Assembly: GCA_964106645.2 (NCBI GenBank)
Contig: OZ067043.1
Length of the DNA stretch: 64,000 nucleotides
Strand: one strand, 5' to 3'
Origin: Podarcis pityusensis
Taxonomy: Eukaryota
Under the pieces are notes generated by a model, which was not told the DNA's origin, searched no databases, and saw nothing but the letters and a program-made list of their open reading frames with translations. The position numbers and the translations under genes were made by a program. Shown one piece after another: positions 47,664 to 59,127 of this stretch. Numbering within the stretch: the first letter of the stretch is position 1; each line of letters starts with the position of its first letter.

Positions 47664-47905
47664 CAGTGGTACCTCAAGTTACATACGCTTCAGGTTACAT
47701 ACACTTCAGGTTACAGACTCCGCTAACCCAGAAATAGTACCTCGGGTTCAGAACTTTGCTTCAGGATGAGAACAGAAATTGTGCTCTGGCGGCGCAGCGG
47801 CAGCGGGAGGCCCCGTTAGCTAAAGTGGTGCTTCAGCTTAAGAGCAGTTTCAGGTTAAGAACGGACCTCCGGAACAAATTAAGTCCTTAACCCAAGGTAC
47901 CACTG
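47664..47905. mobile_element. Tc1/pogo MITE, near-identical to the 43949 copy
   Basis: TA|CAGTGGTACCTC ... AAGGTACCACTG|TA. Confidence 0.88.
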
Positions 47906-50039
47906 TACTGTATTTTATTTTTTGGTCTTGCATTCAATCCATTATTTAACCCAGAAGGAACTGGTTCTCTTCTCAGGGGAAACACACCAAAGGTCTGGGG
48001 TTTATTTCCCATTTCAAGTCACTTATTGATCGTGGTGAGGTGAAGAACCAATTCGGATCTCTCTGTAGGTAAATAACCTCAGCACTCTAGGATTTCCTAG
48101 AGAAATATTACTAATAGCTACCCTATCATGAACTTGTTCATCAAGGGCATTTACGAAATGCAACCCAGAATAGGTATAATAGATCTTAACCTGCGTGTGG
48201 TTTTAAGATGCAGTTTTTATGCTGGGAAACAAGAGCACATTGACACTATCTGTATTTGCTTGCACTCACACCAGTCACATTCATTTATCCCTGAGAATCC
48301 ATACACTAGGATGGATCTAAGAATCCTGTGACTTTCTATTCAATGAAAATGAGATTTTTCCTGCCAATTATTTTAAAAAACAAAAAACCTGTTTGAGAGG
48401 ATTGTCGGACCCGCTCAAACAGAAAGGAAGACAGTATTGGGGGGGGGGGCTACAGTTGGAGGACAAGAATCCTGTTAGCAGGAGCCCCTATTGGACCAAA
48501 GTCCCTTTTCTGAATGGAAGGAAACATTTGGACCCATTAATCCCAAACTGTTGCATTCCTGTGTTCTGTCTGTTGTCATCCAGCATTTTGCATGTGCTGA
48601 TTTATTGTGATTTTTAAAATAATAATAATAATAAGCAACTTCCTTTCAATTGCTGCAAAGTCCTCTTAGGTGTGAAATGTAGCATTGTTAGAGCAGAGGT
48701 GTGGTTGGCGATGTTCTTGATGGCATGTCTTTTTGGTTGCCTACCCTTCTGGCCCTCTCATGTTCCAGAGGCATCTACCCTTAAAAAAATCATTACTGAA
48801 ACTGACAAAAGATTTCATTCATCTTTGCAGCTTGCCTTGAGAAGCCTGGTGAAACAGAAACTTTGCAGATGTTGGGGAAAGCTTTCTCAGCTGTGCACAT
48901 CTACATCTGAGAACAACTTAAGGCTTTCACCCCACTTACACAGGGAGTCTTAGAAAGGGTTGTGAGTTTCACTAAGTTTCTCCAGATTCAGCATGGGATG
49001 GGTAGGTGCCACGGAAAGAGCTGCTTCCCCTTCACATAGAACAGGTAACCAACCTGGTGGCATCTGAATGTTGAGGCCTACAGCTTGCCTCGTCCCTCAC
49101 CATTAGTCATGCTAGCTGTGACGGAGGGGAATTGAAGTTCACAACATCTGGAGGCCTCCAAGTTGGCTTCCCATGGGATGGAAACTAGGTAATGCTCAAA
49201 TAGTGAATTAGAGCTCACATAGGGCTTTAAAAATATTTTTGTTGTTTTCTGGAAGCATCCATAGATTTCCTTCAGTTGTAATCCGTGTTGTTGGAATTAA
49301 GTGACTTGACTCAGAAAAGGAAGTACATATGTCAGCTTATAACCACTGGTGAAAGGAATGGAGAATTTTTGTTGACTGAACCAGAATAAAAGGAGATCCC
49401 TACATCATTTTAACAGATGTTTGCGAACTTCCATACATTACACACAGTTTGCTTGAATGTGATCCATTAGAATCTTAAAAGAATCAAGCACCTTGAAGAG
49501 AGAGACCAAGTTTTTTCATAATAGCTTGGCCCATAGTAACTTGTTGCCTAGTAACAGAGTTGAAAGTGACCATTATTCATTGATCCTGCTGATTAATACT
49601 TTGGACACTCCTCCCTTACTCCCTCCACAAAATATTATAGAGGGTACCCAAATTGGTGAAAGACAAATTTGCAATCTGCCTACTCTCTTCTATAACTGAA
49701 TTACTTGTCAGGAACCATTTGTCAGTGGACCCTGCTATTTTACAATTTTACCCTTTTGAATAAGCCCCCCTCTCAAAATAAAATACATACAATAGGTTCC
49801 CACCAAGCGGGATGATCCTCCTGCAACACCCTAGTCTGTCAACCTGTAGGGGGAATTTCGGAGCTCTGTTTCCAAGGAGCCCATCTCTAAGAAGGGAGCT
49901 TTAGACCTGTGTTCCCAAAGCCCCAAATCTTACACAATGATCAGTAGAAAACGGCAATGTAGCTCAGGTGTGTTGTCACGGCATATGTTACTTACAGCCC
50001 ACAGTTAAAACCACTCAAATGTATCACCAGTGATATATA

Positions 50040-50288
50040 GAAGAAGAAGAGTTTGGATTTGATATACTGCTTTATCACTACCCTAAGGAGTCTCAAAGCG
50101 GCTAACAACCTCCTTTCCCTTCCACCCCCACAACAAACACTCTGTGAGGTAAGTGAGGCTGAGGGACTTCAGAGAAGTGTGACTGGCCCAAGGTCACCCA
50201 GCAGCTACATGTGGAGGAGCGGGGAAGCGAACCTGGTTCACCAGATTACAAGTCTACCACTCTTAACCACTATACCACACTGGCTCTC
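50040..50288 (-). mobile_element. tRNA-derived CORE/MIR-like squamate SINE with (TTC)n tail
   Basis: Head gagagccagtgtggtatagtggttaagag..., core tgggtgaccttgggccagtcac. Confidence 0.8.
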
Positions 50289-50852
50289 ATCTCATAGCCT
50301 AATCTGGATGATGATACATCCCTCACACAGACTCTGAATGGCTGACCTGACTTGCTTACAGACATCTCCCCCAACTTAAAAAGAGCTGCTCACAGGCAAC
50401 CAGTAGCACCCTAGCCTGTTTTGCCACCTGAGGCAAAACGGTAAGGATGCCGCCCCCCTCCACTTCAGCCCTGCCTCACCATCTCATGGGGGGGGGGGCG
50501 TGCAGCAGCAGCTTCCGGTGAGATCTTAGGGAGCTCTCACAAGAGTTCTATGAGATCATGCAACATCTCACCGGAAGCTGCCACAGCTTCTCTGGCAGCA
50601 GCAGGGCTGGGTGTCCATGGGAGTACTGGCTCATGGGATTCTGCCGCCTGAGGCAGCTACTTCAGTCCACTTCATGCCCGCAACTACAGGCTATGTAACA
50701 GAGAGACAGACACAAGGACCCTGTGGCAGACCCAGCCGCTAACTCACCATGCCAGCTCTTACAGGACCTAATGGCGCCAGGACCTAATGACATCAGGGGT
50801 TCATTAACTTGCTCACCTTCAAATACAATAGATTTTTATTTATAAAGTATTC

Positions 50853-51480
50853 CTAATGTCCAATACCAAGATGAAAGTCAACCAGGTCTGTGTGTTGAGC
50901 ACGCTGCGTTATGGAAGTGAGTTGTGGGCTTGTTACAACCATCAGGAACAACACCTCAGCGCCTTCAACATGTGCTGCATCAGGAGGGTTTGAAGTATCA
51001 CATGGCAGGACAGAATTCCAAACAAAGATGTGCTCTCCCAAGCCTATGTTTCCAGTATGTTTGCACTCCTATCTCAACAATGTCTACGCTGGCTTGGTCA
51101 TGTTCACAGAATGGAAGATGGCAGGATCCCCAAGGAAGCTGGCAGACCAACTCTGTGTTACTAAGATGACTGCAAACATGACATGAAGGCTGGCAACATC
51201 AACCCTGACATGCTGGAATCCCTTGCAGACGACCACAGAGCCTGGAGACAGGCAGAGGAGAAATGACCACTGGGAGAAGCACAGAGAGAAAAAATCCCCA
51301 AGGTGCATCTGCAGCAGCAAACTGGATGCCTTCATCTGCCCCAACTGCAACAAAACAGGTCTCTCCAGCATTGGCCTCTACAGCCACAGCAGGCACTGCA
51401 GCCTTCCAACAGCTTAACCTCACCTGCAAAGGTGTACTCCTCCAGTTTTCCAAGACAGACAAATGCCAACAACAACAACC
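50853..51480 (+). mobile_element. RTE-clade LINE 3' fragment with (CAA)n tail
   Basis: WLGHVHRMEDGRIPK, FICPNCNKTGLSSIGLYSHSRHC; homologous to the 36640 copy. Confidence 0.75.
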
Positions 51481-52777
51481 ACCCTCTCACAAAACATCAA
51501 GGCAGTGTTCAACAATGTAAAAATCTTTAATTGCAGTACAAAACAATCACTAAAATGGCAGGCTGCTCAATGAAACTTTTAAGCTCCATAGGACTATCGG
51601 CATAAAAGCTCTTCAAGAAATGCAAATTAAAAGTGAGGATACCTGCTGAATCGGTGCTGGAAGTGTGTTCCACAGCATGGGTCCGGTGACACTAAATACT
51701 CGACTTCAGCAATGCTTATTTAGAAGTACATCACTGCAAACAATGCACAAAGTAAGCAAGCTGAAACAGTTTCATTTCCCCCCTACTGCTTTTCTTATGT
51801 TTCTGCCTGGTACTCATCATGAAGTAGGCAAAAGGGCACGAGGGAGCTATTGAGTTGGTGTAAATTTAAATATAGATAGCAATAATGGAAATCACTTCCT
51901 GCTTTTAGCACTAATCTTTCACCTACATACTATACTTTTATCTCAGTCTAAAGGTGAAAGGCTTCTCATTATCCACAGCAACTCATGCTTCTCCCTTTTC
52001 TCTCATTTTAAATTCCTGATGCATCTGACTTCTTGGTATATATTAGGACATAGCAAGCCCCACCCCCCCTTTATCAGGATGCTCTTGGAAGAGGTCACAC
52101 AGCTGTCTCTCAAAAGAAGTCCAGATCCACCATTGCGCTAACCAGAGATTTTCACTGCATTGCCAAAGCTGTGCGATCTCATACAGATTCTGTTTCACCT
52201 TTGACAAGTCCTAAATCTTAAGGCACCCCGGCTCAGTTTGGGATTGGTCTGAATGAATCTGGTGCACACCCTTAGAATCCACTACTATTGCCAGCAGAGG
52301 AGAAACATGGTACTGTTATTTGGGCACCAATGGGTCTTTCATGGCTTCTGTTTTGCTCATTCAGTTGTTCAAAATAGGCTCTAATGGAGGGTTAGTTAAG
52401 GTTTCTCAGCAGCACAGCTTCTTACAAGACAGTTCCTTTTCTAGACATTCTGGAGACTAAAAGTAGAGAGTCTTTTTTGTGAAAAGGCACTCAACAATAA
52501 CACATGGCAAAATGCACAAAAGCTTTGAAAATTAAACAATTTAATTAATGGTTCTAAGTGTCATAGTTAATTTCATTTCTCTCACTCTTTCTCAATGTGT
52601 TTCTGATCTGCTCTGTATGTACAACAACATTTCCTTCAGCAATGTCAGGGAAAAAATGGTTAGCTATTTTAACAACATTAATTTAGATGCAGAATTTCAA
52701 AAAGGAGCAGTACAGACCTGAATCATGTCACATATGCACCATTTTTTTATGTAGCTAATTCTAATAGATCTCATAAT

Positions 52778-53032
52778 TTAGACATCACTGTTATATTTCC
52801 ATTTTCCATCCCAGTCTTGATCATCTTCATCTTCCTCAATGGGAGATGTTTCAAGCTGAGGGAGTGCCTCTATATCACTCTGGAGAGAATAAGTGCGGAA
52901 AAGATCTGATATGGGCTCATCAATGTAAGTTTCGCTCCGTGCACTTTTGATTGAGGTAGTTTCTCTGTTCCCATTGGACTGTATGCTCCTCCTATCTGAA
53001 TGAGGACTCCTCCCTGAGTGTTGACTCCTATC
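52778..53032 (-). CDS. SLC26A8: SLC26A8-like probable terminal exon
   Basis: tgtgtttcag|DRSQHSGRS...EEDEDDQDWDGKWKYNSDV*; phase 0 matches the previous exon. Confidence 0.7.
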   Translation of the reverse strand, partial: DRSQHSGRSPHSDRRSIQSNGNRETTSIKSARSETYIDEPISDLFRTYSLQSDIEALPQLETSPIEEDEDDQDWDGKWKYNSDV

Positions 53033-56000
53033 CTGAAACACACAAAAATGCACAATGCCTATATATATATTATATTCCCAGTTAATGTTGCTGGTCCATC
53101 CAATTGGTTGCCAAATAGGTACTACATCTTATATGTTCGTAGGAGTTCCCATGGCCATGCACCGTTGCAGAAAGCCATAACTCCACAAACTTGCAATTTA
53201 GCTGAGGAAGCTAAAATAAAGATGCTCAGTCTGTCCTGTTAAAAGACCACAGGCAACCTCCAGAGAGGAGGGAATTTCTGAAAGCTACCATCTTTTTCAC
53301 ACTTACTTAGAAATAACTCCTGTTGACACAACGGCTAATCTTTGCCTTACTAATTGCATATTAGTCCAAATCTCTTCGGTTCTCTTTGGCAATGCAGAGT
53401 AAACAGGCAGCTTGATTCCTAAAGGCTGCTTTTATGATATTCTTCTCAGACTAGCTTGATGCCCAGAAGCATTTTCTGCCCTGAATATGTCCCCTTCCAG
53501 GCAGGGCTCAAGAATGGGTGGAGGTGGAAGAAGGGGAAACCAGTAAACAAGCCACAGTGGGTGGGGAAGTGGTCATGCTACATGTTCCACATGTTCAGAA
53601 GACCTGCAACATCAGGACTGTACAGATAGAAACCTTTTGGCTGAATATGCAGACATTAGGGATAGGGCCTAATGACATGGTGATATTGGGGTCAGGACCA
53701 GAAGTGAAATCCTGACTCAATAAATTTAGCCCATGCATTTAATCACATTTGGATGTGACCATGCTATTTCAAGAACGGCTAGTCCGAATGTTTCCAAGAG
53801 TATTTCATGTGCACAGGAGGGAGGAGTTATCAGGCTGCGGCAGCTGGTTGGCAGCAGCAAGGTCAGGCCAATACGCTTTGCAGCCCTAGGCAAAAGATAA
53901 GATGACACCTTCCCATTCCCATTCCATGCACAGGGGCTGGTTGTGCTGGCAGCTAAATCTTACTTTCCGAGTGATAGAACTGTATCTTCCCCTGCACACA
54001 CATTGCACTTGTACAACTTCTCTCCACCCACAGCATCAACTGACATAAGCACTTCATTTTACCTGATGGTGAATGGTATGGCCAGCCTTGGGAAGCATAC
54101 TAATATTGAACATCATGATCACAGGGACAATGGGAAACAATGCTGCTGGCATTTATAGGCTTCAGAACATTATGTGACTACATGTGTTAGCCCCCTGGTC
54201 TTCCCAAATGCATGGAAAAATCTAAAGCAGGAGTGAGGAAATCCAAGCCTGTGGGCTACTTTTGACCCACCATGCCTCCCCAATTGGCCCATAAGGCTGT
54301 TTTAGCCAAACCACACCCACCTGTACAGGAGAAGGGAGGCTTGACAGTCAGCTGGTTATTGCCACAGGCATATTACTCCCAGCCTGGTTAAACTTTGGTG
54401 TTAGATTCAGCTTGGGCCAAAGGTGCCTGGGGTGACAGACCATCGGGAGGCTGCTCTCAGGGCATTTCCCGCCCATCAAAAAATTACACTAGTTAACAGG
54501 GATCCCTGACACTTGTGCATTTCACATAAAGGGACCCCTGACCATTAGATCCAGTCACGAATGACTCTGGGGTTGTGGCGCTCATCTCACTTTACTGGCT
54601 AAGGGAGCCGGCGTACAGCTTCCAGGTCATGTGGCCAGCATGACTAAGTCACTTCTGGCGAACCAGAGCAGCACACGGAAACGCAGTTTACCTTCCCTAT
54701 TTATCTACTTGCACTTGGATGTGCTTTCGAACTGCTAGGTTGGCAGGAGCAGGGACCGAGCAACGGGAGCTCACCCCGACATGGGGATTCGAACTGCAAC
54801 CTTCTGATTGGCAAGCCCTAGGCTCAGTGGTTTAGACCACAGCACCACCCGCGTCCCGTGCATTTCACATAGTACTCACAATTTAGTTGTTAGTAGAGGA
54901 CAAAGGGGGAGTATTTATTTTTCCTAGCAGCAAAATATTTGGGACTGATTTCCTATGGCAGGAAACAGATAGAATGTTCTGTGCTACTGGGCTTAATAAT
55001 TCATCTGGAAAGATCTTTTACGGCTAAAAAAGCTACTGAAACAAATCATTTATATAACTCCTAGTTGAAAGGATCAGACTGCTTTTCTGGATTAGCATTT
55101 GTCAGGTCATTACATTGATCACGGGTCTCAGCCAACTATTATACCTTTTCCTCATTTAGAGTTACTTCAGCCAACACTTCCTCAGGCAGGATAATACTAG
55201 GTTCTACCGGCACAGTCTCTTCCAAGAGTTCTGGCTCCACTGCATAGAGTACTGCGTCGTGTAAGGTTGGAAAGAACCGTGCTTTAGTAACACACTGGTC
55301 AAAAAAGTCATGCTTTTCAAAGGTCCTTATTACAGTGGCTATAAGATTAAAAAAAAAAAAGAATAATCACACAAAACAGCATGATTAAAAGATGTGGCTT
55401 TACAACAGCATTAATCATACAAACGATATCCGAAATTGCTAATTTAAAAAGTGCAGCGACTATACTCACGATGACAGGCAGCTATCAGGAGTGTGATGCC
55501 AATATTCTGAAATGCATGACACAGCTGTAGAAGGGAAACAATGTATTAAAATGGGTGATGTTTTCAGTCTCTAGATCAGGGGTAACTAACGCCTGGTTCT
55601 GGGGCCTGATTCCGCCTCCCAAGGAAATTTTCCTGGCATGCCACCAATATTGGCAACAGTAAACATACACCAAAACAATTTAAAGCAGAAATGCTGCAGG
55701 GGTGGGCAGAGAAGTTCAAACTTCTCCACCTAATTCAGAGCCCTGATGGGGGATGCAAACTGCTCCCTTCCCAGTAGGGATGTTGGAGAATTCCAGCAAA
55801 AACAGGAGTAGGAGCAGAAATTGCCAGTGTTTGCTTATTTGTCCCACATCCAGAATGGAAATCATCCCAGCAAACAATATGTAATTGATTACATTCCTTC
55901 CTCCGCTCGGCATTGTGTTTCCTCTGCAATGGGGTGGCATAACATAGACAGCAAAATTTATGCATAAATTATGTAAGTTAAGTAATTTTGCTACAGAAGA

Positions 56001-57569
56001 CAGAGAGACAAATAGAATAGTTTTTTTTTAGTGTAAGAAGCACTGCAGCGGAATGAACACAGTACTATATGTGATGAATACAGAGCAGAATGGAAAACGA
56101 TGCCTTCCAACATCCCTACTTCCTAGTAATCAGAGGAATCATTTGATAAGATGGTTTTAGTTCCCCCCCCCCTTGCTTTTGGTATTTTTTTTAATGAAAG
56201 ACTGTGTACAAATAATGAAAGGCAGATATACAAATAACTGAAGGAATGAATGGGTACTAAATGGTGGAAAGGCATGAAAAACAGAAAGGTCAAATCTGTA
56301 GCCCATTAGGTGAGCAGTAATGTGTTTACAGTCCATATGAAAACCTATGTTAGTGAAATGCATATATTGTTGGGCAATTTGCCACAGTGATATTTGTTCT
56401 TTTCTGAGTCATCTTTTCAACAAAATGACTATTGCTTTGATGATGTAACTTCTTTCAACCCCTCTTTAGTACCTTTTGTTGTTTCCAATTCTTAAGCTTT
56501 AGGACGTTCATTTTCAATGTTTCATGCTAATATGACTGTACTTGCTTTTTCAATTTTGTGGAGTTTTTTTTTTTTTTGTCTCTTCTGACAATCTGACAAT
56601 TGTCTCGTTCTGAATCTGATCTGACCACCTGTATGGTTCTTAATGTTTCGGGGTTTTTTGTTCTTTAATCCTTCCTCCCATCCTTAATCCAGGCAGATTT
56701 ACATCCTAACACTTTTGGCAAACATCAATTCTAGTTTGTATCTAGAAGCCCAAGTTATGCTCCCGGTTTCCCCATCATCTTTTTTTTTTTTTTTTTTTTG
56801 TAATTGGCATTTATACATAATTCAATTCTTAGGAAACTTATCAAACATTTGGCTACCAAGACATTTCCTGCAAGCCTGAAAAACTCACCTGCTGAATGTA
56901 AGTGGGCTTGGGACTTAAATGTATGGCAGGATCATATTGCACATCAATCCTCCTTTAAGTAACTGAAAAGCTATTGTATTAAAATATCCCCCCACCCCAC
57001 CATTATGGGTAGGAAACTGGCTATCTGAATCATTCTAGTTTCTCCCAAGATCTAGCTTTGCCACATTGCGTGCAGCTGATCTTGCTTCTACCCTCGTATA
57101 AACGTGTTCATGACCACCCATATTATTATTTTTTAAAAGGGCCTTTAAAAATAAGAGCACGAGTGCAAGAGAGCACTAGTTTAAATGAATACTATAGCTA
57201 AATAAAAACTACTAAGCTGCAATAGTTCAGGCAACTTACCTCTCGTAACAAATAGGAAGCTTGTAGATCAACAAAGTGCACCATACTGAAGTCTAAAATA
57301 ATGGTGTGGATCATGTAAGTGGATGTCTCTGATTCAAGTGGGTGCAAATGAGTTGTGGATCTCGTGACAGGGGGGTCTGAGCAAAACCATAACCTGTTGA
57401 GATCTTCTTTCCTCTTTACATACTCCTGTCCTGTTTCCCTTTCTATGTAATGAGTCTCAGAAGGGTATCTGCTCTCAATTCTTGACCAGCGTATTAATGC
57501 CAAAGAAGAAGCAGATGATATCTCATTAGCGGTATGAACCCGCCTTAGAAGTTTCTCTGTGTAAGGTAC
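52778..57569 (-). CDS. SLC26A8: SLC26A8-like (testis anion transporter 1-like), 3' part: exons 57240-57569, 55470-55524, 55145-55338, 52778-53032; upstream exons not identified, probably beyond the window
   Basis: STAS domain IHTIILDFSMVHFVD, LCHAFQNIGITLLIAACH and FEKHDFFDQCVTKARFFPTLHDAVLYA closely match remembered human SLC26A8 (HTIILDFSMVHYVD, ICNAFQNANILILIAGCH, FERNDFFDAGITKTQLFLSVHDAVLFA); exon phases are consistent. Confidence 0.82.
54529..54857 (-). mobile_element. Sauria SINE
   Basis: tRNA-like head (gggacgcgggtggtgctgtggtctaaacc...gttcgaatcccc), Sauria body catgtggccagcatgac; 14-bp TSD gtgcatttcacata. Confidence 0.9.
55145..55338 (-). CDS. SLC26A8: SLC26A8-like exon (STAS end)
   Basis: PTVIRTFEKHDFFDQCVTKARFFPTLHDAVLYAVEPELLEE...NEEK. 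Confidence 0.85.
55470..55524 (-). CDS. SLC26A8: SLC26A8-like exon (STAS)
   Basis: LCHAFQNIGITLLIAACH; ttcccttctacag / GTGAGT. Confidence 0.85.
57240..57569 (-). CDS. SLC26A8: SLC26A8-like exon (STAS intervening sequence + STAS)
   Basis: tttctag|VPYTEKLLRR...SSLALIRWSRIES...HTIILDFSMVHFVDLQASYLLRE|GTAAGT. Confidence 0.85.
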
Positions 57570-58521
57570 CTAGAAACGCAGGAGAGATGAGGTTCTAGAG
57601 CAGGCTAAGACAATACTCAGCTTCATTTATGCATTTTTCCTTTCTCCTGTTAAAATACGTTTAAGAAAACTATGTATATGGTTGTGTTACAAAGATATGT
57701 AAACATAGCCTGGCTAAAGCAAGAAGAACCATCACGCACCCAAGAATTCTGCCATTCTCAATTTAGGCTGCAATCCTACACACAAATTTCACTGAACTCA
57801 CTGAGCCTTGCTGCTGAGTGGATATGCATAGGGAGGCACTGTTAATCATGCCTCCTAGTGCTATCAAAAGCATATTAATTTTAGAAACTATCTTTGTAAA
57901 AACACCCTTGCACTGAGTTTAATGTCCAGCAGTCCCAATTATTTCAGTAGAAAAAGAAACTGTGAACTGGATGAGAAACGCTGAGCATCTGACCCTGTCC
58001 CATTTACTGTGGGGTGATTTTCAACAGGAATTCTGATCCAGGAATTGGATGGAAAAACTAATGTGGAATTTTCATTCTGACATACAGGCTTGAGTGCTGT
58101 AGGTTTGCAAAGCCACCAAAGCTCAAATGTCTAAGTGCATAAAATAAAAACCTTGGTGCATTTATAATGGGAATGGAAAACCCACTCTGTTCACCTAAAG
58201 GAGAAGGGGGGATTGAAAAGGAAGTTTTCTTCCCTTCCCTATTACATGCACAGCATTCCTGTGCAGCATAGAGGCTTTCTGCTTGCACTGAAGCGTCAAC
58301 AACAAAAAGCCTTTTCTACGGCTCACAGTGGGACCAGCTCCCACCACTACAGCAAGCGAATAGAGGTCTGCTTGCATTAGAGGCCATTAGCTCAATTACA
58401 CTTCAAGAAAATCATATAAGCACAACGTAGGATAGGCATCTCTTCTTCATGTATTCCTCCACTGAACATTTAGTTTGGCCCTAAGGAATGCCATGTTTTA
58501 TATAAACTGATAAATGGAGAT

Positions 58522-58522
58522 G

Positions 58523-58566
<44 letters not shown>

Positions 58567-59123
58567 TTATTATTTATACCCCGTCCGTCTGGCTGGGCTT
58601 CCCCAGCCACTCTGGGTGGCTTCAGACAAAATATTAAAATACAGTAATGCATCAAACATTAAAAGCTTCCCTAAACAGGGCTGCCTTCAGATGTCTTCTA
58701 AAAGTCTGGTAGTTGTTCTCTTTGACGTCTGGTGGGAGGGCATTCCACAGGGCGGGTGCCACTACTGAGAAGGCCCTTTGCCTGGTTCCCTGTAACTTGG
58801 CTTCTCGCAGTGAGGGAACCGCCAGAAGGCTCTCGGCGCTGGACCTCAGTGTCCGGGTAGAACGATGGGGGTGGAGACGTTCCTTCAGATATACTGGACC
58901 GAGGCCGTTTAGGGCTTTAAAGGTCAGCACCAACACTTTGAATTGCGCTCGGAAACGTACTGGGAACCAATGCAGGTGTTTCAAGACCGGTGTTATGTGG
59001 TCTCGGCAGCTGCTCCCAGTCACCAGTCTAGCTGCCGCATTCTGGATTTGTTGTAGTTTCCAGGTCACCTTCAAAGGTAGCCCCACAGAGAGTGCATTGC
59101 AGTAGTCCAAGCGAGAGATAACC
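58522..59123 (-). mobile_element. L2-clade LINE 3' fragment with (ATT)n tail, interrupted by the Gypsy element
   Basis: VISRLDYCNAL...LQQIQNAAARL...LHWFPVRFRAQFK...RAFSVVAPALWNALP; tail at 58522-58566. Confidence 0.9.
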
Positions 59124-59127
59124 TGTG

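Noticed and set aside
56400-56800. Possible decayed L1 ORF1 fragment (minus strand)
   Set aside because: Only compositional resemblance; no diagnostic motif could be read.
58058-58470. Possible further SLC26A8-like exon (CCACN or GIHEEE translations)
   Set aside because: No convincing pair of splice sites with phase 0 and no clear similarity to the expected upstream exon.
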